Source of the DNA: Rotaria socialis
Lineage: Eukaryota
DNA length: 21,977 nt
Reading direction: 5' to 3'
NCBI GenBank assembly: GCA_905331295.1
Contig: CAJNYD010000256.1
Location: forward strand, 124,001-145,977
The position numbers and the translations under genes are program-made. The notes under the pieces were generated by a model, which saw nothing but the letters and a program-made list of their open reading frames with translations, was not told the DNA's origin and did no database searches. Shown here in pieces: positions 12,001 through 21,977 of the stretch; position 1 is the stretch's first letter, and every line of letters begins with the position of its first letter.

Positions 12001-12551
12001 TATCCCGACCTCCAATAGAAGACAGTAGGAAAGCTCCCATGCGTTTGAGAATGACATCCGCTTCTTCTGTCATTAACAATCTTGTGCATCCTTTTAATGA
12101 ATCCAGCATTCCGGCTGTTGTAGCTTCATTATAAATTACACGAATATAATCAGAATCATGCAGGTTGTCTCCGATTTATCTGAATTTCATAGTTCGTGAA
12201 TTGCGAACAGCTAGCATCGGACTTTTCCCGTAGGCTTAAACGAAATTATTAGCAATTTAACTAAAAAGAATAATAAAAAAGTTCATACAGCTTTTGGCAA
12301 TAACGCAGTTGTATAGATTGAGAGGCTTCTTGAATTGGTTCGCACGAAAAACATACGATTGCTCGCATGTTGTAGCAGCTATATTAATTTAAATTATGGG
12401 AATTGCATCACAGTGCATTTGCCAGAATTTTTGCAATCTCATGACAGTAATTTGCCATGTCCATGCTAAAAAATATGTCAGGATTTAGCTTAATTTGTGA
12501 AGCTAGCATCCTATTCTTTCTTAAGCGGTTTGTAAAATTATTACAAGTCAT
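9011..12551 (-). pseudogene. Spliced DUF3987/YfjI-family AAA+ (replicative helicase-like) gene with a winged-helix-like region and an acidic multi-exon tail; decayed
   Basis: Joining 12289^12234 gives KPLNLYNCVIAKSSYGKSPML (Walker A). Then EATTAGMLDSL..LLMTEEAD (Walker B region), LINLYD, KLNIL^AG, DALYERFLLW (RFL motif), RYGKSVDAVHRIAGLCQI and ISIDVVERAIDII, in the order expected for DUF3987. Introns 12288-12235, 11883-11837, 11563-10909, plus several short ones between about 10050 and 9230. Premature stops at 12391, 12178, 11938 and 9689, and several frameshifts. Confidence 0.7.
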
Positions 12552-13001
12552 AATAACGATTATCTAAAAGTTAAGTATTTTTATACTCTACAAGTCATTA
12601 CAAATAATAAGCGTAATATGAATTTCAGAAGAAAATAATTCTTAGAAAACAATCGGTTGCGTATATGAAGCTAGCCATAACTTTTTAGCAATAAATCATA
12701 CATGATATCCTATACTTTTAACAATATAATTCTATCTGCTCCAACAAAGTAGCAACAAAATATAAAGTATTGAATCAATTCATACCTTGGTATTCATTAG
12801 ATAACGACATATATCAATAAAGAGTGTATTTCGAATTAGAGTAAGAGTAATATTTAAAAAAATTCGCTAATAAAACCAAAAGAAAAGTAGCTCAATAATG
12901 TTTATGATATATATCTTGATATTATTCCAGCCTATTTCAATATAAGTTAAATATACTAACATAATTCGATTCCTAAAAAAACCCAGGGAACTGTGAATTT
13001 C

Positions 13002-16000
13002 GCTGAAGGAAAGATATATCATCTTATACGTCACATCTATGAAATAAATTCGTCTATTCGAGACATATCAATAAAAACGTTCATTCTGTCTATTTCTAAC
13101 AGGAGAAAACATCAATGAAAAGTCCCATAGGACCTAGAAAAGTCCGCGAGTAGAGAGAAATATCCTCTTGTCTATCATATATGTACAAATTTTTATTTTA
13201 CTCGAATTTTATCAGTTCTTCATATTTTTTGTTCAATATTCACGATTTTTCAATGAGAAACTAGTCTAAAAGGAAGTTGTAATAACCAAGTAAAATCTGT
13301 AATGTTGACAGTATATAAGTCATTCAGTGAAAGTCATAGATTTATCAATGAAAAAGGACAGTGATACTAGTGAATTGAGTCGAATTTTTGGCAATATGCT
13401 TGGAACTAACTTTAATACTTGTGTTTAATCTGAAAAATTGTATAGTAACTATTTCAGACAACATTTTATATCACTACACGCTTTAAACGATCAAAAACTA
13501 GATATGAAATATCGGAAGCAGTATAAAATAATTAATCAAACAAGATAGTTATTTTATAGTTACTTTTAATTTCGAAATTTTCATCAAGAACAATAAATAT
13601 ACGTGATATTAGCGTTTATGAAAATCGGTTTAAATCTTGTCTGTTGTTTATAGGAAAAGATTGAGTGAATAGATTTGTTTTTTTTAACTATTTTTATAAT
13701 TTAAAACTAGTCAATTCAAAGACTTGAGATATGATGTAGTGTTCAACCAGAAATTCACATTATTTCAGTTTTGAATTCGGCATAGTTTTATCATTTGACT
13801 TCAAAGTTGTTTTCATGTACGACATCTGAAATAACCAAACAAATTCGTGTTGTAATGAATATTTGATTTATTTATGATGTCAAATATTTACCTAAGTGAA
13901 ATAATGTTAAAATTTATATATGCGAAGTATTAATACCTTTTATTGTTTGTTAAGAATTACAGATTATTATCTAATCAGCTTGCGCGCACGTACGTTATTC
14001 CTTTTTTTCCATTAGAATGGATATGAATATTGTTTGATGATTACTAAGCATGATTAGTCAACAATATTTTTCGTATTTCGTCTAAACATATATTCTTGAA
14101 TTCGGCCTTCTTATATGCATAGTCCAACATGAGCGCATGTGTTGCGAGATCTCGATTTTTTACTGAAATTGATATTGGAAAGCATGATTATATTTACGCT
14201 CAAGAATTTAGATGTTATATGATTAAAATACTTAGAATATATCTTTAATAATGATAATATATCTGATTGCACTTTTGAGCTACACAATCATATATTTTAA
14301 TCTTAAATTCTTGACATTCAATGAATTATTCTACTTCATATATATTAGTTATGTAAAAACAAAAGATCAAGAATGCTTATAACATTGAGTTTTAATCGTC
14401 TAAAAAAAGTCAGAACATTAATCACAAAATTCATAACAATTTCTTTCAATGAACGTAAAAAATCGGCAAAACAACATGACTAAATTTAAAATTTTTGAAG
14501 AGTTGACAATATGTCGGATGTACTGAATAAAAAATTTAATCCAGGAAAGTTTTGAAAAAAATCTTAAATTTGGTGGAAGGCATGTCGTATAGATTGTAAT
14601 GCATACTAGTATAGGACAGAGTGATGATTCAAATGTTTTAATATTTGCTAGTCTAATCAACATTTTTGTGAAAAATGTCTTTTATTATTTCTTTCAATCA
14701 TATATAGAGATTTGCTGTTGATGAAAACACAAATGTCTGAGAAAAAATAATCTAGTATAAAAAATTGAGTGTATTTTATCTTTTTCACACTTATAGTACT
14801 TGTAATATCGATAGAAGTGATACTTCGATAACTAAATATCATTTTTAGATGTGTTGCTGATCAAATTTTCACTCTTCTATATTAAAATAAATTAAAAATA
14901 ATATTATATAGTAGTTATACGTAATTATCATTCACTGTTGACTTTAAAATCGAATTCGTGGTATGACTCGCTCTATATCAAGAAATCGACATATAAAGAT
15001 CGCATTCATAACTATCTATATTACCATGAATCATACTATCTTCTGTGCTTTTTGCTTGATATAAATTATAAAATACTGATATTGAATCTATATGAAATAA
15101 CGATAGATTATTCACCATTATGAACGCATGTAATTGGAATAATATGTTCATCTTGAATGAAAAGATGGGTATGATGACAAATGACTGTCGTATTTATAGC
15201 TATTTTGAACTAGAGAGCATCCACTGTCATTACATATAAGGAATGTATCGTTGTGTCCGCTAACCTATACAGCTTAATTATCGTTGCGTATTCTACATTT
15301 TAAAAAGCAGGATTATAATCTGTATCACCATCGTCGTATCTTCATCCATCGAATAATCAAGTTAAATATCATGAATGTGTAAATGCTAAACAAATGATAA
15401 ATATTTATTCGGAATTTGGCTATGATGTTAAATTTGAATACTATTCTACCGACATTATACTGAGCTCGAAAATGTTTTCATAGTTGATAATAAAGATAAG
15501 TCCATATCATGAATCACAAGTACATCACATCTATTAATCAAGAGAATTAAAGTCTCGTTGATTATTTTTCTTCCTGTCAAGAATGACTTCGACATGTATC
15601 AGAATGTCTACTAAGTTAGTTATATGTAATCTAGATTACACTTGAGAATTCAATCTTAAAAATCTGTACACGATCTTGAATAATTTAATTAACTGAAATC
15701 TAATGCATTATAACAATAAATTTGTAAGATAAAGACTGTAATATAATTGATATTGTTCAATGTAAAGTTTGTATTTTTACCAATCGAACAAAATATTATC
15801 TTTAAATTATTTTCTGTTCTCTACAACAAAGAAATATTGATATAATCTTAACATATCACCGAAGATCATTTTCCGTTACAAGACTATAAATGAAATCTCA
15901 TTATAGAACAAAAATAACTAAACCTAGAAAAAGAAAAGCAACAGATAAGTGCATGGTGATCAGCTGATTGTTTGCTCGACATCATCTTATTAATAAGAAA

Positions 16001-17213
16001 TCCGAATTACAGTAATTGATGAATTTTTGTTATATGTTTTGTTTCAAATCGATAATATGAAAGTAGACTATTAAGTTTAATCACAGTTCAGCATTGATTA
16101 TATAACGTGCATTCACATGGTAACAATTGTGTAACTGCCAAACTTTCCCGACAAATTTATCACAATGCTTGTGTCTTTGATTACTAATTAAAGCCTTGCC
16201 TTGGTTTTGAAAAAAAAGATATGAACAAGATCATGTTGCTTATTCGTTCAAATAAACAATTGATATAAAAATAGATTCAAAATTTTAGACGATGGTAGTT
16301 GATTATAACATTCTATTCACGGATGGTTGTTAACTGAAAGATTTACATGAAACTCATAATCAACTGAAAAAGCAAATTTATCATAAAATGATACGTTAGC
16401 ATTTTTATCGAGATCAATATACCATCTTGATAATGGATGTTTTTCATCAATGCTAGTGCATCTTCAAATAACAATGTTTATTTGTAAAAGTGTTGACTTA
16501 TGTATTCTTAAATCAAATAGAAGTATTTATCATACATCGTTATCACAATTCATTCCTTAACGAATGAGAATATTATTTACTTTCATTAGTGAATTTGAAA
16601 ATCCATAACTTATTGGTTCTATCTAATATTATTAACGCATGCAATACGACTATTATTTGTTAAAATAACATCATGATTTATTGATGGAGGAGATTTCAAT
16701 ATATATTTAGTATTTGACGAATTCATAATTAAGATATTGAAGTTGAGAGACAATAGAATCATCATTTATTTCTGAATTAACTAAATCAATATAGTCATTA
16801 TGAATCGATACTATTAAAACTTTCTTAATAAAATTTCATCTAGTTATGTGCTTCAGCGATTATTTCAACTCGATCTGTTTTACTATAAAATTCATAAAAA
16901 GTATTAAGGCGTTGAGATTTGCGACAAAGATATCAAAGCAGGAAAATACTATATCTTATGTATTTTAGTTCGCTAAGCTGTTTTGCATTTGCTTAAAAAC
17001 CATGTCTCGAATTGTATGCATTACAACGTATTCAAAGATAATCTTCATAGTGATCCATCGTGATTAAAAAATAGCCCTTTTCTTTTTTTACTCTTATATG
17101 TATATGAATGAATCAGTTGAAGTGAAAGGAAAAGTCCTTTAGAAAACAGAAAAGTCCGCTGGAGAAAGGAAAGATCCGCTTGTAGTTTATCCATATTTTG
17201 CCTTTCCTTCAGC
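13002..17213. mobile_element. 4.2-kb decayed TIR DNA transposon, probably Mutator/MULE (Phantom-like)
   Basis: Perfect 12-bp inverted repeat GCTGAAGGAAAG (13002-13013) / CTTTCCTTCAGC (17202-17213). A ~55-bp subterminal segment GAAAAGTCC..AGAAAAGTCCGC..GAAANATCCNCTTGT occurs near both ends (about 13117 and 17129). Transposase-like remnants inside. No convincing TSD. Confidence 0.55.
13995..15230 (-). pseudogene. Eroded MULE-type transposase remnant (FLYWCH + MULE domain)
   Basis: Collinear fragments: GCSLVQNSYKY (about 15220, FLYWCH-like LVxNGYxY), SITSIDI..TQFFILD..ICVFINSKSLYMI (ORF 14657-14842), KTF..P..IYT (about 14630, DGTF..QLYT-like), SCCFADFLRSL (about 14475, GCxFHFxQ-like), HQTIFISILMEKKE (about 14030, HPxIxxFIxxLKKEQ-like). 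Each match is weak; the order is what supports the call. Confidence 0.4.
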
Positions 17214-17216
17214 TAC

Positions 17217-17233
17217 TTATATATATATATATA
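17217..17233. repeat. (TA)n microsatellite abutting the transposon end
   Basis: TATATATATATATATA run directly after 17213. Confidence 0.8.
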
Positions 17234-17672
17234 AGTATGTGACATTTCATAACGTACGTAAGGTCCCACATATAGTCATGGGACTTTTCGTAAAGTGGAC
17301 ATTTTTTCGATCTTTGACATTGCTATATTTTAGTTATCCTCACTCTATTAGGGACAACCGAGAAATGAAAAATATAACGAAGAAAGAAGTAAATAAAAAA
17401 ATGAATGCGATATTTTAGTTGAAAAATCATTGCTAACTCATATATCAATCCTCGTCATCATCTGAAAGGGTGTCTCTTATTGTCTAAATCGATATCATTC
17501 TCACTAACAGTATAAAGAATACCTATTTTTATAACAGAGTCAGCAAGAGAAAATGTGATCTGTAGAGTCATGAGTATTACTTAATCATTGAGTGGTTTTT
17601 TTCTTGAGTTATCATTGTTTACGTGATACCCACTGCGTGAGACACACCGACAAAATTATCAATGCCATTTTA

Positions 17673-18028
17673 GGTGTGTAATCAAATTGAAAAAAGTGGT
17701 CGAATATCAAGTCTAAATTCAAAGCTGATAGAAAAAATCGATTCTGTGGATGTGTGTAACTGAAAAGAAGATCGACTCACACCCACACCCATTGAATTCA
17801 TTGGTGTGATAAGCTGTTTTGTAAATGTTTGTAGAAATATGAATAGAGACTTGCTAAGAGCTGTTTAATGAGATTTATGTAGAATATGGACTTTGCATGT
17901 GGAATTGAAATAAAAGTCATGATTAATTACCCTGATAGTGAGTTGTAGCGAATGATGTCCTTGCTTTGAAGCTACAAGAAGAAGGAATCACATGGCCGAA
18001 TCGCTACTGGAAATGCTCGAATTTTGAC
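17673..18028 (+). pseudogene. Possible spliced coding remnants of unknown family
   Basis: AG/GT-bounded stretches translating as VCNQIEKSGRISSLNSKLIEKIDSVDVCN*KEDRLTPTPIEFIG and MDFACGIEIKVMINYPDSE/VANDVLALKLQEEGITWPNRYWKCSNFD|GTAAGA, with one stop and one frameshift. Confidence 0.2.
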
Positions 18029-18582
18029 GTAAGATATCCTATGCTTTTCTTACTCACACCCTCAAGAACGAAGTAATTTCAATATATTTTATTGATTTTA
18101 AACTACTACAAATCTGCTGTGAATTTTGTGACTAATCTAAATACTATTTTTCATCATGAGCATCGCTATTTGAAATTGTTAATTCCTTAAGATTAATATA
18201 TGAGACGTAGAATAAAATTGAACTATTTTAGTTTGTTTAAAAACTTTATTTTCTAACTTAATATTAGATATAGTTTCGAACGTGGATTGTGAATCCTTCT
18301 GCGTTTTCATTTACAAATAGTGATGCCTAGAGTTTTAGAGATTTTCTTCTTCTTCATATTTTGTTCCTTGTAAAGATATTACTTATCTGTCGATATGTAC
18401 GAAGGATATTTCATATGAATAACTTCGAAAATCTCCTATCCATCTTCAAATATTTATATTCGTATGGGATGTTTCCTTTCTTATCATCAATTGTCGATTT
18501 GAACGAGGACGTACATAGTTCACAATGGCCAACTAAAAACAACATTATATTTCTTTTTCCAGTCTACCTCAGCCTTTATTTA

Positions 18583-18760
18583 CAATGGCGTATACAGGAT
18601 TTTTAGCGTTATGGGCAAACTTGTGTTGTGTATAAGAAAAGATATGGGCAATTTGGGCAATATTTTTATTGATAGGCAAAACTATTTCAGTCTCAAAAAT
18701 ATCAAAAAAAGGAACAATAAAACAAAAATAAGATGAGGTTCAAATAATAACAAAATAATN
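18583..18760 (+). mobile_element. One end of a MITE-like element, truncated at the assembly ambiguity (N at 18760)
   Basis: CAATGGCGTATACAGGATTTTT resembles CAGTGGCGTA-type hAT MITE termini and is followed by repeated (A/T)TGGGCAA motifs. No partner end found. Confidence 0.3.
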
Positions 18761-19252
18761 TGAAAGTAAACATACAAATTATTTTTACATTTTCGGTGAA
18801 AGAACAACTGGCATTTGATTTTTTTTCTTATCAAGTTTGCTTAACAACCGTCGCTCAGTAGAATTCATTTTAACATGGACTGTTTTTCTCTTTTCTGGCG
18901 TGAAATATAATCTTTGTTGTCCACTTCCCTTTTCATTTCATATTTTTTCAACATTTTTTTTGAGTCGTGGTGCATTGAGTTGTTTTGTTTGTAGCCAATT
19001 TGAAACAACAGCTCGGAAATATTTCTTTATTGAACTTCTTTTTAGATGATCATATATCCGTGTGTGATATTTTGACATTAAGAAAAGAAGTTCTAAATAT
19101 TGAACGAGTGTCACTTGTATTCCTTCACAGTAACAGAAAGATATGATAGATCGAACCATTTTCGATGTGCTATCGATCGAAAAAAAACGCACTTCATACT
19201 AATATTCCCCACAATGACTGAGCTTGACCAACAAATTGATGTTTATTTTTAG

Positions 19253-19405
19253 GATCTCAACGGCAACATGCACCGCAGATATCGAAACGTCAAGATTGAA
19301 CAAATTGCTGCTCGTTTAGACGACGAGACAGAATTGAAATTAACTTCCAAGAAATTGATTGGTCAAGACATAGAGATTTTGGCAAAGCCACTGCGAAAAA
19401 ATAGA
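19253..19405 (+). CDS. Exon of an RNI-like/NLRC3-type leucine-rich-repeat gene (apparently orphan or truncated)
   Basis: TTTTTAG|...MHRRYRNVKIEQIAARLDDETELKLTSKKLIGQDIEILAKPLRKNR|GTGAGT: an LxLxxxxLxxxDxxxLAxxLxxN repeat ending at a phase-0 donor, typical of one-repeat-per-exon RNI-like LRR genes. Confidence 0.6.
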
Positions 19406-19499
19406 GTGAGTAGTACCATGCTGAAATTTTCATTTATATACCATTGCATCCTAGGAAAAAGACTATATCGACGCGAGTATCATTTTCTTGAGTTTGGAA

Positions 19500-20930
19500 T
19501 TGCAGAAGATCATTACTCGTACTCTTACATGAGAAGTTTTACTTAACGTTGGAGGAACAATATACTTGATATCCACTGCGCTTTCGTCATGTTTGTTTCA
19601 ATTTTCGCTAGAACTATATCGGTTAACCACCTTCAACAAGCTTCGCTGCATTTATATCCAAGTAAATTAGCATAAGCAATCTCATTTTCCGTCGCCAACA
19701 TCTCTACATATATCTATTATTTCTTTGTACATTGTACACTGTTACATCTCTGTCTAATCACTTGACATATCTACAATTGTCACGTTAATGACTAACTTTT
19801 TCTTAAAATAACGATGATACAACTAGCATCTATTACATTGATCAAAATAATAAAAATACCAAAAGTGCATTTTCTAAACGCCATTCACCGAAAAACACAG
19901 CAATTAAATGTTAATAATCTACCAAATTCACCGAACCTTACTCATCTTAGCAACTTCGATCGGTTATTCATCGCACTCTCAGTGAGATAAATTAACCGGC
20001 ATCTAGCATTCGTGATCGAGCACAATACTAAACCTACAGTTCAAAGAAACCCATCATCGGCATCTGCAAAAATCAGTGAAACACTATATTCGCCATCACA
20101 ATAGCATTAAAGACAACCACTTCCCACTTCTCGCTGACTAAGTCCTCACCTACAGTCGGAACGCGGGCAAATGATTTTTCCCTACACACCAGTTTCTTAC
20201 ATTGGAATATACACATTCAATCACTCCCTCCCAAATGCCGCATACACCAAACGAATCTATAATCCATCATTTAAATGTTGTGCTCCTTTGTCTCCGATTT
20301 GATTGGAAGAGAGACGAAGTGTGGTGAGTGTCTGTGATAAAAAGTGGAGATGGTTAAATGAGATAGATGAGTAGAGAATGAGGACCAAAAAATAAAAATC
20401 TGAATTGTTTTTAAGTCTGGTTAAATAAATAAAAACGGATTTTCCGGTATGAAGCGAATGACCTCCTGGTGATAATTGGCGCCTTCTGTCAAGCGGCGGT
20501 ATGATTGGTCATTGTATAATACGAGCAGCGTATAAGCGACAAGGAAAAAAATGCTTTGTTTGAAAGATATAAAAGTGAAATGACATGTAGGGGTGGAGTG
20601 GGTGGTTATTTGGCCGATTTCAGTTCTTGAAGTTTGTTCATGGTGAGATTTTTAGCGTATTATCATAGATATGGATGATATACTGCGTTTTGTTATTGTA
20701 GGGCGCATAAAGAAGTATCTCCTCTAGTATTTGTGTTTTTTGTGGAGTGTTGGCTGCTGTCGTCGTTCCGATTGGGTCAAGTAAGTGTCTTATCTCGTAG
20801 GTGTTAAAATAATCAGGGTGATTACTGTATGCCTGGCATCCCATTTCTCCTTCTTTTTCCTTTTTTTCTGAAAATTTGAAGTTAAAAGGAAAAAGACTTG
20901 ATATTGATGAATTTTTCACCATCATTCGCT
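19500..20930. mobile_element. Possible decayed Penelope-like (Athena/Terminon) retroelement fragments in opposing orientation
   Basis: A/C-rich plus strand at about 19500-20285, switching to G/T-rich at about 20300-20930. Eroded hammerhead-like core at 20134-20171 and a minus-strand ORF remnant at 20638-20925. Confidence 0.3.
20125..20200 (+). ncRNA. Degenerate hammerhead ribozyme-like motif (likely inactive)
   Basis: CTGACTA-A-GTCC-loop-GGGC-AAA versus the consensus CUGANGA-stem II-GAAA. Stem II can pair (GTCC/GGGC), but two conserved core Gs are missing. Confidence 0.3.
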
Positions 20931-21159
20931 TCTTATTGCTCTTTTCTGTCGCGGCAAGCTGATGGATCTATGAGTGCTACAGAAGTAACTACAGTAAAGC
21001 TGTCTATAATGCACACCTCCTTGTCTTGGGTATCTCATGGTTTGACAAAGCAACTTTTGTCAAAGTGAAGTTCTGTATAGTGAACACTAATTATGGTTTA
21101 AAAGAAAATATCGAATGACTACAAGAGATCATACAACGTGATGAATCTTCTTTATGTAT

Positions 21160-21657
21160 TAGGGGCTATTAGGGGTGTCAATTTACAGTTTATTTAATTT
21201 AAATTTAACTTCAGCACGACGTTAAATTTAAAATTTAATAAATTGCTTGCATGGGGATACACATAATTGCTATGAGGAAAATACGTGACTTTAACAGTAC
21301 TAACTAGTAAATGAGAGGAGAACCTAATATTTGAGGTTAATTTTTGTTCATAATAGTCAAATTTTCTCTGCAGGTTATGCAGGATCCGTCATCTTTCTCC
21401 TTCAGAATACTGGGATACTCATAAAAATATATTTAATAGCATGATTCGTAGAAGAATAATGACTGTCTTTAACTTTAGAAAACAGGAAAGATACTCAAAT
21501 TAGACTTTAAATAGTAGCAATCAAACAAAAAAATATGTTTATCTACTAGTTCTCAAAATTTAACTAATTTGAGTTTTGAAACAATTCAATTTAAATTTAG
21601 TTAAATTTAAGCTTCTTGATTTTTAATTTATTTTAAAATTAAAATGTGACACCCCTA
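21160..21657. mobile_element. hAT-type MITE, about 0.5 kb
   Basis: Perfect 11-bp TIR TAGGGGTGTCA (21170-21180) / TGACACCCCTA (21647-21657), with subterminal TTAAATTTAA repeats at both ends. 8-bp TSD TTATGTAT (21152-21159) / TTATTTAT (21658-21665), 7/8 identical. Confidence 0.8.
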
Positions 21658-21761
21658 TTATTTATAAGACAGCGGAATGACCAAAAAAGATAATACTTAG
21701 TGGTGGAGAAAAGACACCCGCTGTGTTGAATAGGCGACACAAGTATGTATATATATATATA

Positions 21762-21977
21762 CACCGGGTGGGGCAAAATTTTTGCGACATTTTTTCTCTT
21801 GCAAATATTCTGATACACAAATAACACACAATTCTAAAGTTCTCACCAGCAGATACAAAAGTCAATTCTCTACAAACTCATATTAACTTGAATTTAAAAC
21901 AATGAACCAAAAAATATTTATTGGTTAATGTATGTGACTCATCCAATAACAATTATTTCGTACTCAATCTTTTATAT
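21762..21977 (+). mobile_element. Probable left end of a Tc1/mariner-type element inserted in a (TA)n run
   Basis: (TA)n is followed directly by CACCGGGTGGGGCAAAATTTTTGCGACA, resembling TA|CA... Tc1-like termini. The partner end would lie outside the window. Confidence 0.35.

Noticed and set aside
8140..12551. Helitron interpretation of the helicase plus RPA pair
   Set aside because: No HUH Rep motifs or PIF1/SF1 helicase motifs seen; the ATPase motifs fit DUF3987-type AAA+ instead.
17777..17791. CACACCCACACCC, resembling (TGTGGG)n rotifer telomeric repeats
   Set aside because: Only about two units and it lies in a possible coding remnant (TPTP); not distinguishable from chance.
18760..18760. 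Apparent adjacency of sequences across the N base
   Set aside because: This may be a scaffold join, so no biological inference is drawn across it.
18770..19192. Minus-strand basic ORF (MSKYHTRIYDHLKRSSIKKYF...)
   Set aside because: No recognisable family, an internal stop, and no clear splice structure.

Overview
AT-rich eukaryotic genomic DNA with very short (about 45-75 nt) GT-AG introns. The intron sizes, repeat styles and gene types suggest a bdelloid rotifer, but this is inference. Only one gene looks intact: the last three exons of a Rap1-type GTPase (2-548) with an unusually long Pro/basic tail. The rest is largely decayed mobile elements and pseudogenes: a nested pair of inverted-repeat elements (2.9-4.7 kb), an AGGATC-rich foldback-like element (5.6-7.3 kb), a 4.2-kb TIR element with a ghost MULE/Phantom transposase (13.0-17.2 kb), a possible Penelope/Athena remnant with an eroded hammerhead motif (19.5-20.9 kb), a hAT-type MITE (21.2-21.7 kb) and an orphan LRR exon. 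The most notable feature, mostly invisible in the ORF track, is a co-oriented minus-strand pair. The first gene is a spliced, decayed DUF3987/YfjI-family (phage/plasmid-type AAA+ helicase-like) gene at 12551-9011, with an intron inside its Walker A motif and an acidic multi-exon tail. About 220 bp downstream lies a five-exon gene encoding only an RPA70 N-terminal OB fold (8790-8140). Together they look like the replication module of an undescribed eukaryotic mobile element. All family calls come from manual translation and motif recognition; no searches were run.
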